Source: an uncultured virus (IMG/VR IMGVR_UViG_3300045995_000154)
Lineage: Duplodnaviria > Heunggongvirae > Uroviricota > Caudoviricetes
Reading direction: 5' to 3' (one strand)
IMG/VR virus record: IMGVR_UViG_3300045995_000154
DNA: 64,000 nt
The notes below the pieces were generated by a model. The model ran no database searches and was not told where the DNA came from. It saw only the letters and a program-made list of their open reading frames with translations. How positions within the stretch are numbered: the stretch's first letter is position 1; each line of letters opens with the position of its first letter. Shown here one piece after another: positions 14,455-23,544 of this stretch. The position numbers were made by a program, and so were the translations under genes.

Positions 14455-14531
14455 TAGGTATTCAAAATAGCAGTTAGTAACCTTTGCAATGCCATTGCTG
14501 ATTCAGGCACAACTGCTATTTTGAATACCTA
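14455..14531. repeat. Perfect 21-bp inverted repeat with 35-nt loop
   Basis: TAGGTATTCAAAATAGCAGTT / AACTGCTATTTTGAATACCTA. Confidence 0.9.
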
Positions 14532-14683
14532 GCATTGCTGCTAGATATGTTGGGGTCTCTGTGCCCCAACCAGGAGTCTTACTAATGTGTTCTCACCACA
14601 CGTTCATGTTTCCTGTCCGCCCTTTTTACAGCTTAATTTATAGTGTTCTGCTAGGTCTACGTTACCTATCCACACTGCACATA

Positions 14684-14842
14684 TTAGCAGGCAATTAAAC
14701 TGCCTTTATGCGACTTCTTTTTACATTGTAACTGCGCATTACGCATCAGCTTCTTCGCAATAAGCTCTTTGAACTTATCTTGTGTTAGCGTAAACGTTGC
14801 CAGCCACTCTGTTTGTTGTTTCAATTTTTTATCTGTTTCCAT
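14684..14842 (-). CDS. Small basic protein (52 aa)
   Basis: METDKKLKQQ..., AAGGA RBS; below ORF-track cutoff. Confidence 0.55.
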   Translation of the reverse strand: METDKKLKQQTEWLATFTLTQDKFKELIAKKLMRNAQLQCKKKSHKGSLIAC

Positions 14843-14855
14843 TATTCCTTTTCAC

Positions 14856-14895
14856 AAAACAAAAAACCCTGGGGTCTTTCGACTTCCAGGGTTCT
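14856..14895 (-). terminator. Intrinsic terminator in the leader of the RNA array
   Basis: AACCCUGG..CCAGGGUU hairpin followed by U-run. Confidence 0.7.
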
Positions 14896-14921
14896 TGAGT
14901 TTCTGTAGTTTACATGCTACT

Positions 14922-15104
14922 TTAGCATAAACCACTTCCCTCTCGAACCCTGCCCTTAATCTCCCCGCGTGTCACAATAGTTTCTGTACTCGCATTATAC
15001 GAGCCGCTTGTAAAGCTATTGGACAATGTCGCATCATGCCACATCGGTGCCACGGGCTGTATCGCCTGGACTGATTGTTGCAATGATAAGAGACTATGTT
15101 TCAT
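14922..15104 (-). CDS. Putative leader peptide (60 aa)
   Basis: ORF between triple promoters and the terminator. Confidence 0.45.
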   Translation of the reverse strand: MKHSLLSLQQSVQAIQPVAPMWHDATLSNSFTSGSYNASTETIVTRGEIKGRVREGSGLC

Positions 15105-15161
15105 TTTGTTTACCGTTTTAACTGTTTAAAGTTGCCTTGTTTAATTAACTTACTAAGCACA

Positions 15162-15405
15162 ATTGTACATTAAACTGATTAATGTGTCAACTGCTTCTGT
15201 TTATTTATCCTACCTCGTAACGCCGAATTATTTCTGCGTTACAAAGTCTTCTAACTTGTTACCAGTGTACATTAAATTAAATTTAACGTCAACTGCTTCT
15301 TCAATTTATTTATGCCATTTCAAAAAACACTGCTTTTATGCGGGCTTTTTGAGCTTTTTGCATTTCCAAGTACGTAGTGTACATTAAAACGTTTATTGCG
15401 TCAAC
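15162..15405 (-). promoter_or_regulatory. Three tandem sigma70 promoters
   Basis: TTGAC(A/G)-N17-TACA(A/C)T three times with TTTAATG before the -10. Confidence 0.8.
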
Positions 15406-16411
15406 CCACCAATGCAGCCGAAAATTCTTTTCTTGTCCTGGCCTCGTACCACTGTGCAAGCTTGCCAGAACTTATGAACTCCCAGTTCTTCTCAAAACGT
15501 CCCTGGCATTCCTGCCATTTCCGTTTCGCTAAGTCACCATTGTGCAATATCTCGTAATTAAAGTCAATAGCTGATACAACTCTAAGAGCCGAATCTTCAA
15601 TTTTATCGTAAGAATGGTCAATAATGTCATCAAACATGTCAAAACCTATGTCACGCAAGAACTGCACAGTGCTGCAGGATGATAGGATGATTGGGAAGTT
15701 GAATGCCACAAAGCAATGCATTGTCTTCTCTGTCAGGTTGAATGCAGGTTCTTCAAACGTCGTTTCACCAACAATCTCTATTAGGCTGTTCGTGTACATT
15801 GCCCGAAGCGTGTTTTCAAAATTTGCTACATTGTTAACCGTACCTATGCCTTTATAGATGTCCGAATCAGAGGGTGTTAAACTGCAATACCCCATTTCCA
15901 ATGCATCCCGGTGTTCGACTGTTATAGCAGACAAGTCCCAAGGTACCGCGTCAAGAAATGTTTGGTGTTCCTTAATCAATGTTGTTACCACCGCAGGGCA
16001 AAGAGTGCCAGCAAGGTAACTTGCCACTGTAGTACGATGGTGACGTGGATTGCGATTTAAGCTGATAACATGCTGTGGCGTAAAGTTCTTGTCACGAACT
16101 GGCTGCATCACTTGGTACTGTGCAATTTGATTTAACCAATCCCCACCCATTCTTACTATACGGGCGTTTGCTAACACTAAATTTTCAACGCTCACACACA
16201 CAATGAATTTATTTGGGTTTCTGGTTATCAGATGATCCAAAGAGTCATTGACTACGTCTTTCACACATAGTATGACCTGCCCTTCTGGCAAAATGCTAGG
16301 AATCAGATGCAAATGAGATGACCATACATAATACGCAGGCCGGTCGCCAACTAATTCCAACATTAAATGAAATGTAAATTTATCAGTGGGTGGTTTTAAT
16401 ATCACCTGCAT
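15401..16411 (-). CDS. Putative glycosyltransferase-like protein
   Basis: LNRNPRHHR, IVGET..LTEKT..FPII..GFDMFDDIIDHSYD. Confidence 0.55.
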   Translation of the reverse strand: MQVILKPPTDKFTFHLMLELVGDRPAYYVWSSHLHLIPSILPEGQVILCVKDVVNDSLDHLITRNPNKFIVCVSVENLVLANARIVRMGGDWLNQIAQYQVMQPVRDKNFTPQHVISLNRNPRHHRTTVASYLAGTLCPAVVTTLIKEHQTFLDAVPWDLSAITVEHRDALEMGYCSLTPSDSDIYKGIGTVNNVANFENTLRAMYTNSLIEIVGETTFEEPAFNLTEKTMHCFVAFNFPIILSSCSTVQFLRDIGFDMFDDIIDHSYDKIEDSALRVVSAIDFNYEILHNGDLAKRKWQECQGRFEKNWEFISSGKLAQWYEARTRKEFSAALVG

Positions 16412-16998
16412 AGTAATCTTTGCGCTTTCTCGCTCTGCAATGCAAACCAATGTTCTTTAAATTGTTGTTGGGCATTCGTGCCATGGTCATACAGAAAATC
16501 TCGTAATTTGATATACCTAGTCACTGTGAATTCCCTATCAATCAAAGGTAGCATAGGGTCGACGTATTCATTACGCCAGTTAATACCGCTCGCTATAATG
16601 TTTCGAGGGGTATTGGGCACTTTGCCATCATACTTACTCTGATTCGTAAACCAATATGCTTGTTTATCATATGCCATGCGCATCTGTGTGCGCAAATCAG
16701 TGTACAGTAGTATTTTATTAGTTCCTTGTGCTAGGTTTTTATGCCACTCCACATTAGAGTAAAGAGGATTACAAATTAAAAACAGTTTAGGTTTATTACT
16801 GAATGCACCCAAGTCATTGGCCGGCTTATGCTCTGTACTTTTCCACATCTTGCGATTCGTCGCCAACGAGGGGGGAAATTGTGTGTCTATTAGCTCATGC
16901 AAATTGGCAGGTGTTTCAAAGTACCCACTTAGTAAAAAGTAATAGTACAAAAAGAATCCCGCTGAGCCACCTTGATACAAAATAGTCGTGTTAACCAT
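16402..16998 (-). CDS. Hypothetical protein (N-terminal GGSAG loop)
   Basis: ORF overlapping neighbours in operon. Confidence 0.65.
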   Translation of the reverse strand: MVNTTILYQGGSAGFFLYYYFLLSGYFETPANLHELIDTQFPPSLATNRKMWKSTEHKPANDLGAFSNKPKLFLICNPLYSNVEWHKNLAQGTNKILLYTDLRTQMRMAYDKQAYWFTNQSKYDGKVPNTPRNIIASGINWRNEYVDPMLPLIDREFTVTRYIKLRDFLYDHGTNAQQQFKEHWFALQSEKAQRLLCR

Positions 16999-17641
16999 TG
17001 TTTACTCTGTGTTGCTTCCAATTTTCGTATAATGCAATTGCTTCTTGCGTCACTGGACGAATGCCTAACTTACCGCACAGCTTTAGGTACTCGCCAACGA
17101 AACTGTCCTTCGAATTTAGGATTGCTGTGAGGTCGATCGTATACATGTCGTATTTCTCTTTAAGCTGTATCCCTTGCGTGTACTCGTCACCCCTTGGTCT
17201 GCAACCTATGCGATCTGATTCACGCCGCAACCACTCTCCATATTTTTCTAAATCCAAATCAACATACAGCATAGTCTTTTGTGGTAATGCTGTGATTTCG
17301 TTTTCAAATTTCGCAAATTCAAATGGGTGTATTTGGTAAACGATTTTGTCATACTGCTCGCCCAAGTCTATTAGCGAAGCATACAGCGTGTGTTCGTATA
17401 TTCCCGCCCATGCGTCGTGGAATGCTAACCAATCTCCAGTGTGATCATCGCGTACAGTATTGAAATAATACTGTGATCGCAAATCAATAGTTGGTTTTAT
17501 TGTAGATTCACTCCAGGTCATCAATGTAGCTTTAGTCATAGTGGGCATTACATTTTCACTCAAAGTTATCAAGCGTAAAATGAAATTCCCGGCAAGCCCG
17601 GGAAAGTACAATATGAAAACGTTGTCTACATTAGGGTGCAT
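16991..17641 (-). CDS. Hypothetical protein (PGLAGNF loop, possibly sulfotransferase-like)
   Basis: ORF in operon. Confidence 0.65.
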   Translation of the reverse strand: MHPNVDNVFILYFPGLAGNFILRLITLSENVMPTMTKATLMTWSESTIKPTIDLRSQYYFNTVRDDHTGDWLAFHDAWAGIYEHTLYASLIDLGEQYDKIVYQIHPFEFAKFENEITALPQKTMLYVDLDLEKYGEWLRRESDRIGCRPRGDEYTQGIQLKEKYDMYTIDLTAILNSKDSFVGEYLKLCGKLGIRPVTQEAIALYENWKQHRVNNG

Positions 17642-17909
17642 CGTCGTTGAAAATGGTAGACCATTTCCTAAGTTTCCCTAGCTTGGCAACGCCAGCTTGC
17701 AGAAGTTCTTCTTTATCTAAAACACCGTGGGCGACTAAAAGTTCAATCATGCACATAACGTCACCAGCTTCCTGTGTTAGGTTTTGCAGGTTGGAGCGGT
17801 CTTGCCATGACGAGTCTAATCCCCAACGTGTGCACTTGCTTGCTGCCACTACCAACTCACCGCACTCTTCTTTGAGAATATCCAGAATTTCTTTGATCTT
17901 TGGTTCCAT
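17631..17909 (-). CDS. MazG-like nucleotide pyrophosphohydrolase
   Basis: EECGEL..QEAGDV. Confidence 0.8.
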   Translation of the reverse strand: MEPKIKEILDILKEECGELVVAASKCTRWGLDSSWQDRSNLQNLTQEAGDVMCMIELLVAHGVLDKEELLQAGVAKLGKLRKWSTIFNDDAP

Positions 17910-19486
17910 TATCGTGTTGCTCGTCCGATGTCTTTTGTTGATGCTGTGCCAGCTTTCTTAGCTGCCAGCTCTGCTCGTTTCGCTGCTTTACCGCCGTTGT
18001 CTGCACCAATGTCAGTGCCGCCACCAACGATAGCAGTTGTTTTAGCTACAGATGCCTTCTTAGAGATAGGCTTAGAGCCTTCGCCTTCTGCATCGTCCAT
18101 GTCAGATGCCTTAGCGCCGTTCTTCAAAATCTTGAATGTTAGGTTGCCCTTGCCTTGTGTACTCATGTACGCTTTGGAAGCATCAAGCAAAACACCAGTA
18201 ACAGTTGAGGATGGGTAGATAGCATTAAGCTGAATGTCAAAGAATTCTTTGTCTTGCGCAATGTTTGTGTACATTTGGACAAGAGCAGAGTTATTCAAAA
18301 TCTCAGAAGCGGCGCCACCAAATTTGGTATTCTCATTGACATAATCAGCAAGGCGGTAAGCCACTGTGCAAAGTGCATGTTCAATAGGAATGATCTTGGA
18401 CATGTCCTTGGCTTTGCGCTTTTGGTACCAGCCATAAAGTCTTGGGCTTAGTAATGACTCCACATCTTCTTCTGGACCATGGCCCTTCAGCATTTTGATC
18501 TGACCAGCTTCGTCTGAAGTGATGATACCAAACTTAACGCCTAACTGCAACGGTGCATCAGTATGGCCCAGCTTGTCAATGATCTTTAGGATCTCAACTG
18601 CGTCCTTGTGCTTGGCAAGTAACTTCTCACCAGCTGGCGCAACTTGCAATTCTTCGATACAGCGTAGCAAGTTAACCACGGACGCAGATGCGCCGTTCTT
18701 GCCCTTAGAGCTTAACTTAATCTGTTTGCCGTCACTGTTAACTAGCAAGCTGTCGTATAAACCACCGCTTACGCTTTCGTTAAACGAGATAACGCAATCA
18801 CTGTAATCTTTACCTGGGCCAAAGAAGATCTCAGATGCTTCTGCTGCATTGCCCTTAACTGGCAGGCCCATAACAAGAGACATTGGTTGAAGCATTTCAC
18901 AGAAGTAATCACGGAATGCTTCAAGGTTCATTCCGCCGCGTGGCACTTTAGTTTGCCCTTGCATAAATGCTTGGATAGCAATTGCTTCCGCGGAACCATC
19001 GCCAAAGTGGGCAACGATTTGGTCAGCGATAGATTGAGGCGTGTTACTCTTGAACTGAGTAAGGATGTCAGACGGCTTGTAGCCTGTTGCTTCCTTTTTA
19101 CCCAATCCCGATGCCATTTTGAAGCCGCCGGGAATGTCAGTAGTTGCAAATGTGTTGTCAGTGCGGTTAGCAGAGATTGTTTTGAAGTATCTACCAAGGT
19201 AGTAGTCTTGGCCGCCCTCTACACGGAAGGTAGCAATACCAAAGCCCAATGTAGATGCATTAGGCTTGTTAACCCAATGGATGTTTAACCCAGTATCTTG
19301 AATAGCTTGCTGCATTTCCATGCCTGTTGGAAACTGCCCTTTCTCAGGGTAGAAATCCAACGTTTGGAACGTGATTACATCGCCATTGGCATTAGCAAAC
19401 TTCTCCCCTTGTTGTCTAGCTGCTAGTCCACGACCTTCAATGATGAAAGCCATAGGGTCGTCCAATAAATTTAGTAAATCGCGCAT
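17909..19486 (-). CDS. Hypothetical protein (525 aa)
   Basis: Long ORF, AAGGA RBS, TAAATA upstream. Confidence 0.8.
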   Translation of the reverse strand: MRDLLNLLDDPMAFIIEGRGLAARQQGEKFANANGDVITFQTLDFYPEKGQFPTGMEMQQAIQDTGLNIHWVNKPNASTLGFGIATFRVEGGQDYYLGRYFKTISANRTDNTFATTDIPGGFKMASGLGKKEATGYKPSDILTQFKSNTPQSIADQIVAHFGDGSAEAIAIQAFMQGQTKVPRGGMNLEAFRDYFCEMLQPMSLVMGLPVKGNAAEASEIFFGPGKDYSDCVISFNESVSGGLYDSLLVNSDGKQIKLSSKGKNGASASVVNLLRCIEELQVAPAGEKLLAKHKDAVEILKIIDKLGHTDAPLQLGVKFGIITSDEAGQIKMLKGHGPEEDVESLLSPRLYGWYQKRKAKDMSKIIPIEHALCTVAYRLADYVNENTKFGGAASEILNNSALVQMYTNIAQDKEFFDIQLNAIYPSSTVTGVLLDASKAYMSTQGKGNLTFKILKNGAKASDMDDAEGEGSKPISKKASVAKTTAIVGGGTDIGADNGGKAAKRAELAAKKAGTASTKDIGRATR

Positions 19487-19507
19487 GTTGTTATCCTTAT
19501 AAGCTAT

Positions 19508-20266
19508 TTATTCGCGAATACGGTAGAAGCCTTTGTCCAACCATGTTGTAAGAATGTCTTCTTGGCGCACGTAGTTGTTCTTGTTCAAGCTTTGCTTAAT
19601 GGAGTCATTGACGAGCTCCATGTCAACTAGGTCGTGCCAGCTTGTTTTGTGTGGGTCCATAGGTGCATGTCCACTCTTGTATACTGCTGCATATAGCCAC
19701 GGATCGTTCATATTCTTGTAGAAATATGCGTCTTTACAGTCGAAACCGTTAACTGCGAGCATGTAAATCAATGATGTGATGTTGTGGTTGTAGTATACCC
19801 CGCTTGGCGAGTTATTGTGCATACGATTGTAGAGATAGTGAATGTTCTGTGGCATTGCCATTACTAGCATACCATTCTCAGACATCGCATTGCTCCAACG
19901 CTGCAAAGTTTGCATAGGGTTAACTGCATACTGGAAGCTATCGTGACACCACATCAAATCCACTAAGCGAGGGAACAGGTTGTCTTCTTCAAAGTTACGT
20001 TGGATAGGTTTAAAGTTTGGTAGCTTCAAAATATCTTTGTTGATCTTAGACAAGTCCTCGTCCACTGCATACACAATGTAGTTATGTGGCTCTGGTGGTT
20101 CGTCACGTGTTTCTAGCGTAGCCCACCATTCTGCGTCTAGGCCTGCGCCACAACCCATGTCAGCGACTACAGTCAAACTGTCTAAGAAGCTGTCATATGC
20201 ATAAAGCAGTTCCAAAATTTGCATACTGTGATCATGCGAGTCATATGCGTTTCTAAATTTTTCCAT
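19508..20266 (-). CDS. Class I SAM-dependent methyltransferase
   Basis: VADMGCGAG motif I. Confidence 0.85.
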   Translation of the reverse strand: MEKFRNAYDSHDHSMQILELLYAYDSFLDSLTVVADMGCGAGLDAEWWATLETRDEPPEPHNYIVYAVDEDLSKINKDILKLPNFKPIQRNFEEDNLFPRLVDLMWCHDSFQYAVNPMQTLQRWSNAMSENGMLVMAMPQNIHYLYNRMHNNSPSGVYYNHNITSLIYMLAVNGFDCKDAYFYKNMNDPWLYAAVYKSGHAPMDPHKTSWHDLVDMELVNDSIKQSLNKNNYVRQEDILTTWLDKGFYRIRE

Positions 20267-20507
20267 CTTTTAATACCTCAAAAACAATTTTTTCTTTTAG
20301 TCGAGTAAGCATAGGTGCTAAAGCTTCGCAAGCTTTCTTCAGCTCTTCGTCTGAAGTGCCCCATGCATATTCTTGATCTACTATATGTGCCAATGCGGAA
20401 CATTTATCTTTAACAAGTTGGAGGCTCACAACGTCTTTTGGAACCCGTGCACGTTCGCAGAGGTTCCAATCGTCTAGTAATTCTCTAGCAAGTTCTTTAT
20501 AGTCCAT
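20253..20507 (-). CDS. Hypothetical protein
   Basis: Coupled ORF. Confidence 0.7.
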   Translation of the reverse strand: MDYKELARELLDDWNLCERARVPKDVVSLQLVKDKCSALAHIVDQEYAWGTSDEELKKACEALAPMLTRLKEKIVFEVLKDGKI

Positions 20508-20959
20508 TAAACGGTTACGTCTTCCATACCAGCAGTGCGTAAACGGACTACGTGCCCAGCCATATAAGACTTTGCCTCTAATCCTTTCATCACTCCTAAA
20601 TACTTATTCCGCAGGAGAGCCACTTCATTTATTAATGTTTCATAATCAATGACTTCGTCTTCGCCGTCAACATACTTCTCTGCGTCCCTACTGGTAAGTG
20701 CACGAGCGTAACCTTCCAAATACTTCTGGAAAAACTTACGACGTATTTTACGAAGCTGAATGTTCATGTGTCCTAGCACAGCTTCAATTTCTTGTAGCTG
20801 GTAGAACCTATGCTCAGTTTGTCCTGGTAGCGCAGCAACGTTCTTCTCGACGTTTCCTTTTAAAGCTATCTCTCCTCGAGCACTGATTATCTCATCTTCG
20901 TAATACGCAATGAAGGCTGGTAGCTGCGAAAGATCCGCGACTACTTTGTTGTACCACAT
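20507..20959 (-). CDS. uvsY: UvsY-like recombination mediator
   Basis: Helical 150 aa, AEKYVDGEDE, near uvsX/gp32. Confidence 0.65.
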   Translation of the reverse strand: MWYNKVVADLSQLPAFIAYYEDEIISARGEIALKGNVEKNVAALPGQTEHRFYQLQEIEAVLGHMNIQLRKIRRKFFQKYLEGYARALTSRDAEKYVDGEDEVIDYETLINEVALLRNKYLGVMKGLEAKSYMAGHVVRLRTAGMEDVTV

Positions 20960-22153
20960 TTACGCCACCCATTCTAAAAATGTTGACGGAAAAATATCTA
21001 AGCTCAAATCAGGTCTGCGATTAACAAACTCAGTTAGGAACTCTTTTAAATTTTGTCGCTGTAGCTGCGATGGTTCTGCTTTAATGGATTCCATAATTGG
21101 CCCTTTGATGCTATCAGGAAATAGCTGTATGTCTTCCATTATACGCTGTTTACTGGTATTGTCCAAGACATATGGCGCCATCATTGTTGGTTGATATGCA
21201 AAGGTAACTTCTATTTTCTTATGCCCAAACATCCTATAAAAGTCAGCAAATCCAAAAATTGTTAGGTTCGAGATGACTGCGTGAAACATGTAATCGACAC
21301 CATGCTGATCAAGTATTTCCAACTTAGCCACAAAATCTGTCCACTCATTCCCATAACGATTGAACTCAAAAAATTTACCAGTTGCTTCTGCACTTACATT
21401 GATGTACAATTGGTTGACTGACTGTAACTTTTCAGCTATCTTTTTAAATCGTGACATACTTACCCCAAACCCAGAGTACAGTTCAATCACCGCGTCATCA
21501 GCCAATACTAAATTTGCAAGCGTGTCAATTAACGCATTGTCAAGAAACGGCTCACCACCAGTGATGACAATTTTCTTAGCAGTGGGTGCTACTAGGGCGA
21601 CTTCAGCTAGTAACTTCTGGTACTGTGCTTGTTCCTTGCGGTTGGGCTGGCTAGTTTTTATCAATATTTTATCTTTGGCCGTAGCGACAAACCTATCGTC
21701 GCTTGTACCAGTAATACTATAATTACCATTATTGACTATATCTCGGCGCCAAGCTGAACTAAATTCTTTACAGCAATAAGTACATGTTAGATTACAATCG
21801 CTGCCAATAGTGATATCTATTATTTCCGGCAGTAAAGTCAATTCCTCATGAGTACGTTTTTGTCCACCTTGGTATTGCCTGGGGCTTTGTGCGCCAACAT
21901 CTTCAGCAGCCCAACAATTTTGCTCACAGCTCGCATTGCGAACATTTTGTAGCATCATTGCACGTTCCGCGACATTGAGTGCGGTATTGTGCAACTCACC
22001 AGGATTTTCTTCTAGCCATGAAAAATCCACCTTATGTGGCACTGCTGCGTGGCACGTATAGGTGGTTTTAGACTCCAGATCTATCTTCTGAAATCTAAAT
22101 TTCATCGAGCAATAATAATCCCGACCGTCTAAGATCGGGATTATTTCACTCAT
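20960..22153 (-). CDS. Radical SAM protein with N-terminal SPASM/twitch-like domain
   Basis: CNLTCTYC, TGGEP, extra Cys cluster. Confidence 0.88.
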   Translation of the reverse strand: MSEIIPILDGRDYYCSMKFRFQKIDLESKTTYTCHAAVPHKVDFSWLEENPGELHNTALNVAERAMMLQNVRNASCEQNCWAAEDVGAQSPRQYQGGQKRTHEELTLLPEIIDITIGSDCNLTCTYCCKEFSSAWRRDIVNNGNYSITGTSDDRFVATAKDKILIKTSQPNRKEQAQYQKLLAEVALVAPTAKKIVITGGEPFLDNALIDTLANLVLADDAVIELYSGFGVSMSRFKKIAEKLQSVNQLYINVSAEATGKFFEFNRYGNEWTDFVAKLEILDQHGVDYMFHAVISNLTIFGFADFYRMFGHKKIEVTFAYQPTMMAPYVLDNTSKQRIMEDIQLFPDSIKGPIMESIKAEPSQLQRQNLKEFLTEFVNRRPDLSLDIFPSTFLEWVA

Positions 22154-22370
22154 CTTCGTTGTAATAGTCATCTTCGTCTTCGGCTGCATACTCGCGCATC
22201 GCCTTAGACAAGGTGGTGTCGCTACCGCCGAAGTCTTGCAACTCCTCATCAGACAACATATCAACCATTACGCTCATTACATTGTCTGCTGCCTCTTGGC
22301 GGTCCTTAGCAGGGATGTACTGCTTAAGGATGGAGTATACTTCGTTCAATACTTCTACTTCGATGCTCAT
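22146..22370 (-). CDS. Acidic hypothetical protein
   Basis: Coupled ORF after uvsX. Confidence 0.7.
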   Translation of the reverse strand: MSIEVEVLNEVYSILKQYIPAKDRQEAADNVMSVMVDMLSDEELQDFGGSDTTLSKAMREYAAEDEDDYYNEDE

Positions 22371-22396
22371 TGATTTCTTTCAGTTTGGTTGAATAT

Positions 22397-23473
22397 TTAG
22401 TCCGCGACCAATTCAGCTGGCGCTTCTTCAAGTTGGGACTTGCCCATCAGGTGTGGGTGTGCTGTGATCTCAGCCATGATACGATCCAAGCAACCGTCGT
22501 CATTGCGTTCCCAGCCCTTGCGGAATTTCTTGATTGCAGTTCCATCTTGGCAAGTGTACACCAAGCTGTTGCCATCTTTCTTCAGCAAGTCCTTAGACTC
22601 AAACATGTCTGTCAGACCGCTGTATGGGTTCATACCTGTTTCGTAAGGGATCTTAACTTGGACTGATTCGAAAGGCTTTGCATAACGAGTCTTCATGATC
22701 TTGCAAGCTGCGCGAATACCGCTCACTTCAGTAGTCTTGTTGCCATCTTCATCTTCCTTCAGCTTGAGCTTGCGCATAGCGACAACGATAGACGATGCGT
22801 AGATGAAACCTTGTCCACCAGAGATTTTGTCATCTGGATCAAACATGTCTTGCGATGCGTATGTGTGGTTGGTTGCAACCAGACCCAAGTTCAAGTTACC
22901 GAACATATTGACGCAGTTACGCACCAATGCGGTCAGCGCCTTAGGCTTACGTCCCATGTCACCCTTCATATCACCAGCATTGAACTGGTTAACGTCAGTT
23001 GGTGTCAGCAACATACCCAGAGAGTCGAGAATGAACAAAACCTTAGGACGGTCAAGTTCTGGCATCAACTTGTACTGTGCAACGAACTCGGAGATCATCT
23101 TTGCGACGTCGTCGATCATTGCCATGTTGAGCTTCAACAGTTTGTCTTCTGATGTGTCAACGTTGAGAGCATGTAACCACTTTTCATCCAGTGCGTTTTC
23201 CGTATCAATAAGAATAGGAAATATGCCGGCCTTTTGTGCGTTGGCAACAAGGTTGCCAGAACAGATAAAGGACTTACCCGCACCGGATTCTCCAGCAAAC
23301 ACAGTTACCTTGCCCAGCGGAATACCGCGGTCGAAGGCGCCAGAGATTAGATAGTTGAGAGCGTAGTTATTAGTGCTTACCCAGTCAGTTGGGTCATTGA
23401 ATCCTGTGCTAAGTCCTTCAATAGACTTAGTGATAGATTTACGAAATTTCGAGACGTCAAAAGGCTTTGCCAT
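22397..23473 (-). CDS. uvsX: RecA-like recombinase UvsX
   Basis: GESGAGKS Walker A, ILDSLG, ISGGQG. Confidence 0.95.
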   Translation of the reverse strand: MAKPFDVSKFRKSITKSIEGLSTGFNDPTDWVSTNNYALNYLISGAFDRGIPLGKVTVFAGESGAGKSFICSGNLVANAQKAGIFPILIDTENALDEKWLHALNVDTSEDKLLKLNMAMIDDVAKMISEFVAQYKLMPELDRPKVLFILDSLGMLLTPTDVNQFNAGDMKGDMGRKPKALTALVRNCVNMFGNLNLGLVATNHTYASQDMFDPDDKISGGQGFIYASSIVVAMRKLKLKEDEDGNKTTEVSGIRAACKIMKTRYAKPFESVQVKIPYETGMNPYSGLTDMFESKDLLKKDGNSLVYTCQDGTAIKKFRKGWERNDDGCLDRIMAEITAHPHLMGKSQLEEAPAELVAD

Positions 23474-23505
23474 GATTGTTCCTTTGTTTTAGATATTATA
23501 GACAG

Positions 23506-23540
23506 AATAAGGGTAGGCCGTCAAGCACTACCCTTATTAT
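23506..23540. terminator. Terminator-like hairpin after gp32
   Basis: AATAAGGGTAG..CTACCCTTATT. Confidence 0.65.
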
Positions 23541-23544
23541 TTGA

